A DNA stretch of 64,000 nt from Myxococcales bacterium (GTDB lineage Bacteria; Myxococcota_A; UBA9042), in NCBI GenBank assembly GCA_947499075.1, contig CANMNA010000001.1, positions 8,615-72,614 of the forward strand, given 5' to 3'. The translations under genes were made by a program, and so were the position numbers. Positions 57,049 through 64,000 of the stretch are shown here, in pieces. The stretch's first letter is position 1. Every line of letters starts with the position of its first letter. The notes under the pieces were generated by a model. That model searched no databases. It was not told the origin of the DNA and saw only the letters and a list, made by a program, of their open reading frames with translations.

Positions 57049-58157
57049 AGCCCCAGCGCATCAGCTGTGTGGTCGGTGCCCGACCCAACTTCATGAAGGT
57101 GGCGCCCGTGTACTTGGCGCTGCGCGACCGTGGCTTGCAGGTGCGGCTGGTCCACACCGGTCAGCACTACGACGCCAAGATGAGCGCGGTGTTCTTTGAT
57201 GACTTGGGCATGCCGCGACCCGACGCGTTCTTGGGTGTGGGATCAGGCAGCCACGCTGCGCAAACTGCCAAAATCATGACGCTGTTTGAGCAGGACTGCC
57301 TGCAATTTCAGCCCGAGCTGGTGCTGGTGGCGGGCGATGTCAACAGCACAATTGCCTGTGCGCTGGTGGCGTCCAAGCTGGGTGCGGCGGTGGGGCACAT
57401 CGAAGCGGGGCTGCGCTCGGGCGATTGGGCCATGCCCGAAGAGATCAATCGGGTGCTGACGGACCACGCTTCGGACTTGTTGCTGACACCGAGCCCCGAT
57501 GCCGATGTCAACTTGGCCGCAGATGGCATCGCGCCGTGGCGGATTCACTTTGTCGGCAATTGCATGATCGACAGCCTGCGCAAGCACTTGGCGCGTGCAC
57601 TGGAGATCGGGGCCTGGCGCGAGCACGGCTTGCAGCCCAAAGAGTATGCGGTGGCGACGCTGCACCGGCCGAGCAACGTCGATGATCCCGCGCAGTTGGC
57701 CGCCCTGTTGGCCGGTCTGGGCGAGGTCAGCGCCCAGCTTCCGGTGGTGTTTCCGGTCCATCCGCGGACGTCGGCGCGCATCGCCGCCTCGGGTCTGGCC
57801 GTGCCGCCGGGTCTGCAACTGGTCGAGCCGCTGGGCTATCTGCAGTTTCTGGGCATCATGGCCCAAGCGGCGGTGGTGGCAACCGACTCGGGCGGCATGC
57901 AAGAAGAGACCACGGCGCTCGGTGTGCCGTGCCTGACGCTGCGGGCCAACACCGAGCGGCCGATTACGATAACCGAAGGGACCAACACGCTGCTGGGCAC
58001 CGATCCGGCGCTGCTGGGTCCGGCGGTGGCAGAGGTGCTAGCGGGGCGCGGCAAGGGCGGTCGGGTGCCGGATCGCTGGGACGGTCGCGCGGCGCAGCGC
58101 ATCGCCGATGTGGTCTGTGCCGGCTTTGAGACCTTGCTGGAGCGGTCGACGCCGTGA
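57045..58157 (+). CDS. wecB: UDP-N-acetylglucosamine 2-epimerase (non-hydrolysing)
   Basis: GARPNFMKVAPV...HTGQHYD...DSGGMQEETTALGVPCLTLRANTERP. GTGA overlap with rluB. Confidence 0.9.
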   Translation: MKPQRISCVVGARPNFMKVAPVYLALRDRGLQVRLVHTGQHYDAKMSAVFFDDLGMPRPDAFLGVGSGSHAAQTAKIMTLFEQDCLQFQPELVLVAGDVNSTIACALVASKLGAAVGHIEAGLRSGDWAMPEEINRVLTDHASDLLLTPSPDADVNLAADGIAPWRIHFVGNCMIDSLRKHLARALEIGAWREHGLQPKEYAVATLHRPSNVDDPAQLAALLAGLGEVSAQLPVVFPVHPRTSARIAASGLAVPPGLQLVEPLGYLQFLGIMAQAAVVATDSGGMQEETTALGVPCLTLRANTERPITITEGTNTLLGTDPALLGPAVAEVLAGRGKGGRVPDRWDGRAAQRIADVVCAGFETLLERSTP

Positions 58158-59833
58158 CACTGCTCAGCGTGCCGCAGTCTCGGTGGTCCAAACCGGGCCT
58201 TGCCGCGATGGTGCTGCTGACTGCAGGTGCCATTGGCGGTTGGATTTGGTATGCGCAGCGCGATGTCGCCCTGTCGCCGTGGCAGGCCGCCCGCTTTCTG
58301 CCGGCCGATGCCGATGCGGTGGCGTGGACTGCGACGCTGGGCGATGTTGCCGACAACTTGGGCGCGCTGGGCAAGAACGTGCAAGGCCTGCAGGGCGTGT
58401 TCGAGATGGTCAAGTTGGCCGTCGGGGTCGACCTGCGCGATGCGCGCGCAACGGAGCGGGCCGGCTTGCGTCGCGACGCCGGTCTGGCGGCCTCGATCTG
58501 GCACAACGGGCTGTGGATGGCGCTGCCGGTGGCCAATTCCGCGGGCGTCGACCACGTACTTGAAGTCCTGCGGCGCCGCGGCTATGGCATTGGCGCACCC
58601 CAACTGGCCGCGTTGCAGCGCAGTTGGCTGATCGCCGATCGCCAAGGCGGGCAGGGTCGGGCGCGGGTCTGGGACTTAGGCGACACCGCAGTGGTGCGGG
58701 TGGCGCTGGATGCGACGGCGACTGGCAATGAAATCAGCGATGTGCAGGCGTGGTTGGCGACGCCCAAGCGCAGCGACGTCGCGCTCGACGGCGCGGTGCT
58801 CCGCATCGCCATGGCGTGGGGCTTGGACACGCCGCAGGCCAAGCGCGTGCGCGAGCCGCTGCACAAGCTGCTGGGTCCAGCCGATTTGCTGGTCGGCGGC
58901 GCGCTGGACCGGGTGCAGGGCCTGGACGTGCGCGCGGAGTTGGGCGGCGACGGTGTGCGTCTCCGCGCGACACTGCAGGCACCGTCGGGCAAGCTCGCCG
59001 ACATCGCCGCGTACTACCAGAACTTTGTTGGTGATGACGCCGCGCTCAACGTCGGTGACCTGTTGCCGGACGAGACGCCCCTGTTGCTGCGTGCCCGTGT
59101 CAACCCAGCCTTGCTGAGTATGGTTCCCGAAGCGTTGCGCAATCAGGTGTTGCCCGCGACGGCGTTGGCGGTGCTGCATCCCAGCTTGAGCGGTGTCGAC
59201 GCGGGGAGCATCATCAACCAATGGGACGGGCAGGTCGCCTTGGCCGTGCTCGCCATCGGTGACAGCGTGCCGCTCGACCCCAACGCCTGGAAAAACCTGT
59301 GGTGGCGCACGGCGCTGCGCCTGGGGCTGGCAGTGTCGCTGCGCACCGATGTCGCAGCCAAAGACACGCTGGAGAAGCTGCGCAGCGCCATCGACACTTC
59401 CGCCGACCGCAGTACGCCCGCCCAGTACGGCGCGTGGGCGGGATTTGGGGTGCCGGGTCCAGGTGCGCCGTGGCTACTGCTGCGCAATGGGCGGCATTTG
59501 GCCGTCGTGGCGGGTACGGGCGCGACCGACGACCTGCGTCGCATCACCGACGGCAAGTACGCGTCGCTCGACAAGGTGGCGCGGCCGGGGCTGGACCGGG
59601 CGCTGGTGCAAGGGCAGGGTACGTGGTTGGGCGTGCGGCTAGCGACGCCGCGGATCGTGCGGTCCCTGCGGCGGCGTGGCGTGCCCGACTATGCCAGCCA
59701 ATTGGTCGGCGCCATCGACACCGTTGCGGCGCGGGTCCAGCTCACCAACGACGCGATGGTCGCAGAGCTGTCGCTGTTTTCGGCCGGCAACGCAGCCACA
59801 GCCGAAATGCCCGTCAACGGAACGGGCCCATGA
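58154..59833 (+). CDS. Membrane-anchored periplasmic protein, unknown function
   Basis: GTGA overlap with wecB. A single N-terminal TM helix, GLAAMVLLTAGAIGGWIW, is present. I recognised no motif. Confidence 0.6.
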   Translation: MTLLSVPQSRWSKPGLAAMVLLTAGAIGGWIWYAQRDVALSPWQAARFLPADADAVAWTATLGDVADNLGALGKNVQGLQGVFEMVKLAVGVDLRDARATERAGLRRDAGLAASIWHNGLWMALPVANSAGVDHVLEVLRRRGYGIGAPQLAALQRSWLIADRQGGQGRARVWDLGDTAVVRVALDATATGNEISDVQAWLATPKRSDVALDGAVLRIAMAWGLDTPQAKRVREPLHKLLGPADLLVGGALDRVQGLDVRAELGGDGVRLRATLQAPSGKLADIAAYYQNFVGDDAALNVGDLLPDETPLLLRARVNPALLSMVPEALRNQVLPATALAVLHPSLSGVDAGSIINQWDGQVALAVLAIGDSVPLDPNAWKNLWWRTALRLGLAVSLRTDVAAKDTLEKLRSAIDTSADRSTPAQYGAWAGFGVPGPGAPWLLLRNGRHLAVVAGTGATDDLRRITDGKYASLDKVARPGLDRALVQGQGTWLGVRLATPRIVRSLRRRGVPDYASQLVGAIDTVAARVQLTNDAMVAELSLFSAGNAATAEMPVNGTGP

Positions 59834-60525
59834 GCGCGGTTCCTGCAATTGCCGCCGTCGGCCTGGGTCGCAGTTTTGAAGTGGACGGCAAGCCGGTGCA
59901 CGCCATCGCCGACCTGACGCTGCACGTGGCGCCCGCCGAACACATTGCCATTGTCGGCAAGTCCGGCGCAGGCAAGTCGACGCTGCTCAACCTGATTGGC
60001 GCGCTGGATCGCGGCTACTCGGGATCGCTGCAGGTCTTCGGTCAGGAACTCAAGACCTTGCCCGATCGGGCCTTGGCCCAGTTCCGCAACCGCCAGATCG
60101 GGTTCGTGTTCCAAGCCTTCAACCTGTTGTCGAATTTGAGTGTTGGCGACAACGTGATGCTGCCTGGCTCGTTTGGCAGCGGTTTGGACGCGTCCGAGTT
60201 GCGGCGGCGGGCCAAGGCGCTGCTCGATGACTTTGGCCTCGGCGACCGCTTTGACCAGCGTCCGGCGCAGATGTCGGGCGGTGAGCGGCAGCGGGTGGCG
60301 ATTGCCCGTGCGCTGTTGCTGCAGCCGCCGCTTTTGGTCTGCGACGAGCCGACGGGCAGCCTGGACGGTGAGACTGCGGCGCATATCCTCAGTGTACTCA
60401 GTGATATTCGACGCACCCGCGGTACCGCCTTGGTCATTGTGACCCACGACCCAGCCATTGCTGCTGCGGCTGACCGGGTGATCCGCCTGGAGCGCGGCCG
60501 CAGCGTCGCCGAGGGCACCCCATGA
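59830..60525 (+). CDS. ABC transporter ATP-binding protein (MacB/LolD/FtsE-like)
   Basis: ATGA overlap. GKSGAGKSTLLN, the signature MSGGERQRVAIARALL, and the Walker B LLVCDEPTGSLD. Confidence 0.9.
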   Translation: MSAVPAIAAVGLGRSFEVDGKPVHAIADLTLHVAPAEHIAIVGKSGAGKSTLLNLIGALDRGYSGSLQVFGQELKTLPDRALAQFRNRQIGFVFQAFNLLSNLSVGDNVMLPGSFGSGLDASELRRRAKALLDDFGLGDRFDQRPAQMSGGERQRVAIARALLLQPPLLVCDEPTGSLDGETAAHILSVLSDIRRTRGTALVIVTHDPAIAAAADRVIRLERGRSVAEGTP

Positions 60526-62207
60526 GGCTGCGTCGCCTGTTTGGCTTGGTGGCGAGCAACTTGCGGGCCTCGTGGGTGCGTGCGGCGCTGGCGATGGTCG
60601 GTATCGTGGTCGGCACCGGCCTGCTGACGTTTTTCGTGGGTTTGGGCCAAGGGCTGCGCGAAAAGGTGCTGGAGCGGATTTTTCCGGTCAACCAGCTGGA
60701 ACTGGAAGCCAAGGCCGTGCAAATCTTTGGCACCGAGCAAGTGCTGGGTCAGGAACCGCTTGACGACGCGCGCGTCAGCCAGGTGGCGCAATTACCGGGC
60801 GTGGTGCGGGCCTTTGGCAAGCAAAAGTCGAGCTTTCCGGCGCGGCTGTGGGGCGGCAAAGAGCTGTTGGGCTACAACCTGTTCACCGAAGCGTTTTTCG
60901 ATGGCATGCCGGCGGCGGTGCTCAAGAGTGAGTTGGAGTCTTTTGAGGACGTCGCCGCCAAACGAAATCCCATGGCGACTGCCAAACCGCAGCGCTGCGA
61001 AGAAGACTTGGATTGCCGCGCCGGCATGGGTTGCGCCGATGGTCTGTGTACGCCGATTGTGTGGGCCGACCGCTTTGTCGCGATCCCCGATGTGGTGCTG
61101 CCTTGCGCTGCCGAAGACCGCTGTCCCCTCGCCATGCAGTGCAAGGACGGCCGGTGTGTCGGTGACGACGACGTGCCGCCGCAGCGTTGCTTGTTGCCTG
61201 CACCCGCTGGCAACGGCCGCGAGCTGCAATTCGACGCCGAAGTGGGCGCGCTCGCCCAGCCCTGCGCCGAGCCGGGCGGTTGGTGCGCCAAGCCCAACAC
61301 GACCTGTGGCAGCGGCCGTTACTGCGCGGGTGACAACCCGGAGACCAAGCTTGGGTACTGTGAACAGCCGCTGCCCGCCGTGCTCAATCCGCTGTTGCTC
61401 GAAGTGTTCAACAGCGACATGGCGCGCTCGCTGGGCGCAGCGCCGATCGGCTCGTTGGCGGTGCTCTTCGGCGTTCGCTTTCACATTGCGATGGGCGATT
61501 CCTATTTCAGCAAGGATGCCGAGCGGACACGCCAGCAGTACAAGCAGGCAGTGGTCGTGGGTTTTTCGCGCAAAGCTCCAGAGCTTGGGGTGGCCCTGCC
61601 GCTCGAGCTGGTCCGCCACTTCAACGCCCGGCTCAAGGGGGTGGCGAGCGCGGCAGCGTACGACGCGCTGTTGCTCGACACGGCGTCCAACGAATTGGTG
61701 CCGCAAGTGATTGGCGACGCCGAGAAGCTGGGCCTGCAGCTCAGTCGCAAGTCGCGGGCTGCCCGCACGTTTGGCACGGTGGTGCTGGTGACGTCGCTGG
61801 CGCTGGTGCTGTTGGCGGCCGTTGTGCTGGTGGTGGCGGCGATTCAGATTGCCCAGACTTTTGCCATGCTGGTCCACGACCGCCGCCGCGAGATTGCGGT
61901 GCTGCGGGCGATCGGCGCGGCACGCTGGGACGTGGCGGTGCTAGTGTTGGGCGAAGCTGCGGTGATCGGCATTTTGGGCGGGCTGCTGGGCGGCGGTCTG
62001 GCTTTGGCCTTGGCCGCAGGCGTTGACGCGGCGGCTGCGCGTTTTCTGGCCGATGTGCCTTTGGTGCCCCAGGGGTTCTTCGCCTTTCCGGACTGGAGCG
62101 TGCCGCTGGCGGTAGCCGTGGCGCTGCTGTGCACGGTGCTGGGCGCGCTGGGTCCGGCGCGTCGCGCGATGGCCCTGGATCCTGCTGCGGTGTTGGCCCA
62201 ATCGTGA
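60522..62207 (+). CDS. FtsX/MacB-type (type VII) ABC permease with a Cys-rich extracytoplasmic domain
   Basis: ATGA overlap. TM1 is followed by a roughly 370-aa ectodomain containing 14 Cys (nt 60996-61361), then three C-terminal TMs in the FtsX-domain pattern ...REIAVLRAIGA. Confidence 0.82.
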   Translation: MRLRRLFGLVASNLRASWVRAALAMVGIVVGTGLLTFFVGLGQGLREKVLERIFPVNQLELEAKAVQIFGTEQVLGQEPLDDARVSQVAQLPGVVRAFGKQKSSFPARLWGGKELLGYNLFTEAFFDGMPAAVLKSELESFEDVAAKRNPMATAKPQRCEEDLDCRAGMGCADGLCTPIVWADRFVAIPDVVLPCAAEDRCPLAMQCKDGRCVGDDDVPPQRCLLPAPAGNGRELQFDAEVGALAQPCAEPGGWCAKPNTTCGSGRYCAGDNPETKLGYCEQPLPAVLNPLLLEVFNSDMARSLGAAPIGSLAVLFGVRFHIAMGDSYFSKDAERTRQQYKQAVVVGFSRKAPELGVALPLELVRHFNARLKGVASAAAYDALLLDTASNELVPQVIGDAEKLGLQLSRKSRAARTFGTVVLVTSLALVLLAAVVLVVAAIQIAQTFAMLVHDRRREIAVLRAIGAARWDVAVLVLGEAAVIGILGGLLGGGLALALAAGVDAAAARFLADVPLVPQGFFAFPDWSVPLAVAVALLCTVLGALGPARRAMALDPAAVLAQS

Positions 62208-63700
62208 AATGGCTGGTTTGGGCGTGCGGGCTGCTGTTGCCGGCGTTGGCGCTGGCCGAGCCGCCGCAGCTGCAGACCCATGCCGACACGCCGGCGCTGC
62301 TGTATTGGTCCTTGTCGGCGTTGGCGGGTGACCCGCACATCGATGGTCCGACATGGCGGGCGTGGTGGGCCAAAGAGCTGCCCGCTGACGCGCGCGACGT
62401 GGAAGCCATTGCCAAGTTCGGGCACCTCAAGAGCCTGTACCGGGGCCGGCTGGTCGACGTCCGTGGACGCACCAATCCTTGGGTGCCGGTGCCGCCACCG
62501 CCGTCGTATCGCCTCGACGTCCGCTTTGCCGCGCTGTTTTTGGGTGCGCGCGACTTGCCGGAGTTGCTGCGGCGCGCCGAAGTGCTGTTGGCAGAGCCAG
62601 ATTTGCTGACGCTGCAGCAAGTGGTGGCGGTGGTCGGGCCGCGCCTGCAGCAATTCATCGGCCAGGCCAAGTGGCTGGCTCAGTTTCGCAGTGATTTTGA
62701 CGTTTTTTCGACGCGACAACAGCTGCCGCAGTTCCTTGACCGGGTGGCGCAACTTTTGGGTGCGACCCAGACGGGTGTTGTGGCGGTGCACTTCGTGCCA
62801 GTAGGGCCGGGCCAAGTGCTGCACGGCCGCCGCTTGGGCGGCCATGTGGTAGTTGAAGTGCGCGCCGACGACAAGCCGCTGCACCGCAGTGACGTCGTCG
62901 CCCATGAAGTGGTGCATTGGCTGCAGGAGCGGGCCGGCAATGACGACGACCCGGCGCTGATCCAGGCCCTGTTCGGCGGCGGCGATGTGCGCGCGGCGCG
63001 GGCGTGGGAGCTGCACAGTGAGGGCATAGCAACCGCGATTGGGCAAGGGGCGTGGCAGCAACAGGCCTCGCCTGCTGAATTTGAGCGCGCGCGGAACAAG
63101 CCGGGCGGGTGGTATGTCGACAATGCGATTGAGCCCTACGCCAAGGCCATTTACCCAGCGGTGGCGGCGGCGTTGCCGGGGTCCGCGACGCTGACCGCGC
63201 TGGTGCCAGCGCTGCTCGCGGGCGTCGATGCCGTGCCGGCGCCGCGCAAGCTCGCCGACGTTTTGCACCGCTATTGCCTGATCAGCGATTTTCGCGACGC
63301 CGCCTGGATGGATGCCCAGTGGTGGGCGGCCATCCCGCCGCGCGCGGTCTGGCGCGTTGACTTGGAGGCCCTGAGCCAGTGGACACAGGCTGCGCAAGCC
63401 ACCACCTTGGTTGTGCTGGCGACGTGGTCACAACTGGCTCGGTTGCCCAGCGCTGACGCAAAAGTGCTGGGTCTGCCAGTGCCGCGCAAATCCGACACTG
63501 GGGCGGCAACTTGGCTCGCGCCACGCAGCGGCGGCGCGGTCGTGCTGGTGGTTGCCGCACCCGACGAAGCGCAGTTGTCGCAAGCTGCCGGCGCCGTTGC
63601 GTCTGGTGGCCTGCCAGCGCCGGGTTGGCGCGTCGTCACAAAATCGCCATCAGGATTTGACAAAACCAACAAAGCTGGCACGCTGCCGACTGGGCGCTGA
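62204..63700 (+). CDS. Secreted HExxH protein (putative metallopeptidase-like)
   Basis: GTGA overlap; I chose the GTG at 62204. The signal peptide is KWLVWACGLLLPALALA. The motif is VVAHEVVHWLQE. Confidence 0.6.
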   Translation: MKWLVWACGLLLPALALAEPPQLQTHADTPALLYWSLSALAGDPHIDGPTWRAWWAKELPADARDVEAIAKFGHLKSLYRGRLVDVRGRTNPWVPVPPPPSYRLDVRFAALFLGARDLPELLRRAEVLLAEPDLLTLQQVVAVVGPRLQQFIGQAKWLAQFRSDFDVFSTRQQLPQFLDRVAQLLGATQTGVVAVHFVPVGPGQVLHGRRLGGHVVVEVRADDKPLHRSDVVAHEVVHWLQERAGNDDDPALIQALFGGGDVRAARAWELHSEGIATAIGQGAWQQQASPAEFERARNKPGGWYVDNAIEPYAKAIYPAVAAALPGSATLTALVPALLAGVDAVPAPRKLADVLHRYCLISDFRDAAWMDAQWWAAIPPRAVWRVDLEALSQWTQAAQATTLVVLATWSQLARLPSADAKVLGLPVPRKSDTGAATWLAPRSGGAVVLVVAAPDEAQLSQAAGAVASGGLPAPGWRVVTKSPSGFDKTNKAGTLPTGR

Positions 63701-63719
63701 CCGGCCACAGGGCTCTGCC

Positions 63720-64000
63720 ATGTTTGCTCGCTTTTCTTGCATCGCACTGTTCGCCCTTGCCGCCTGCGGAACCTCGGGTGGCGCCACCACAACTGCCGGC
63801 GACGCCGCGGCCGACATAACGGCGGCTGCCGACGCGGCAGCGGGTTCAGACTCCACCCCCGCAAAGGCCGACAGCGTCACCGACACTGTCGCCGTCGCAG
63901 ACGCCAAAGCGTCAGACGAGGGCACCGTGCCCGGCGACATCGCTCCGATCGGGGGCGACACCGTGACCCCCGACATCGCTGGTGGCACGCCGATCCCGCT
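63720..64000 (+). CDS. Lipoprotein, 5' part (runs off the window)
   Basis: Manual translation gives MFARFSCIALFALAACGTSGG (lipobox LAAC) followed by an Ala/Asp/Thr-rich linker. It is not in the track because no stop falls inside the window. Confidence 0.6.
   Translation, partial: MFARFSCIALFALAACGTSGGATTTAGDAAADITAAADAAAGSDSTPAKADSVTDTVAVADAKASDEGTVPGDIAPIGGDTVTPDIAGGTPIP

Overview
High-GC bacterial chromosomal segment. It has Myxococcota-like hallmarks: many lipoproteins, secreted Cys-rich-repeat proteins and a MYXO-CTERM-like tail. This taxon call is an inference from protein features only.

**1-30 kb.** Housekeeping and secretome genes: mpg, prfB with its +1 frameshift, gcvT-gcvH, a large acyl-CoA dehydrogenase, an M28 peptidase, a TldD/PmbA pair, an AmpG-like MFS transporter, a GH15-like hydrolase and several HExxH lipoproteins. 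Two repeat families are interspersed among them.
- A 19-21 nt core, GTTGAACAAAGGGTGCGTCCG, occurs 11 times. Almost all copies are intergenic and many abut stop codons. One copy sits in-frame inside a RAYT-like HUH/Y1 transposase gene and another lies just upstream of it.
- A structured, MITE-like element of about 230 bp occurs twice (2808-3050 and 26325-26552), bounded by CTAAG.

**30-49 kb.** The str/S10/spc/alpha ribosomal-protein cluster, rpsL through rplQ, including secY, adk, infA and rpoA. It lacks tuf, rplC and rpmD at their usual positions. It is preceded by a near-consensus promoter, a roughly 680-nt ORF-free leader and an 11-bp x7-8 tandem repeat. Several short tandem duplications sit at gene 3' ends, for example a triplicated KSKG-stop unit at the end of fusA.

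**49-64 kb.** A pseudo-receiver OmpR-type regulator, lnt, more Cys-rich secreted proteins (one pair looks frameshifted), a Uma2 endonuclease, and rluB with a 21-bp x13 coding repeat. A chain of six genes joined by 4-nt overlaps runs rluB, wecB, membrane protein, ABC ATPase, FtsX-type permease with a Cys-rich ectodomain, HExxH protein.

I recognised no rRNA, tRNA or CRISPR array. Many long ORFs in the track are antisense shadows typical of GC-rich DNA. All homology statements rest on motif recognition by eye; no searches were run.
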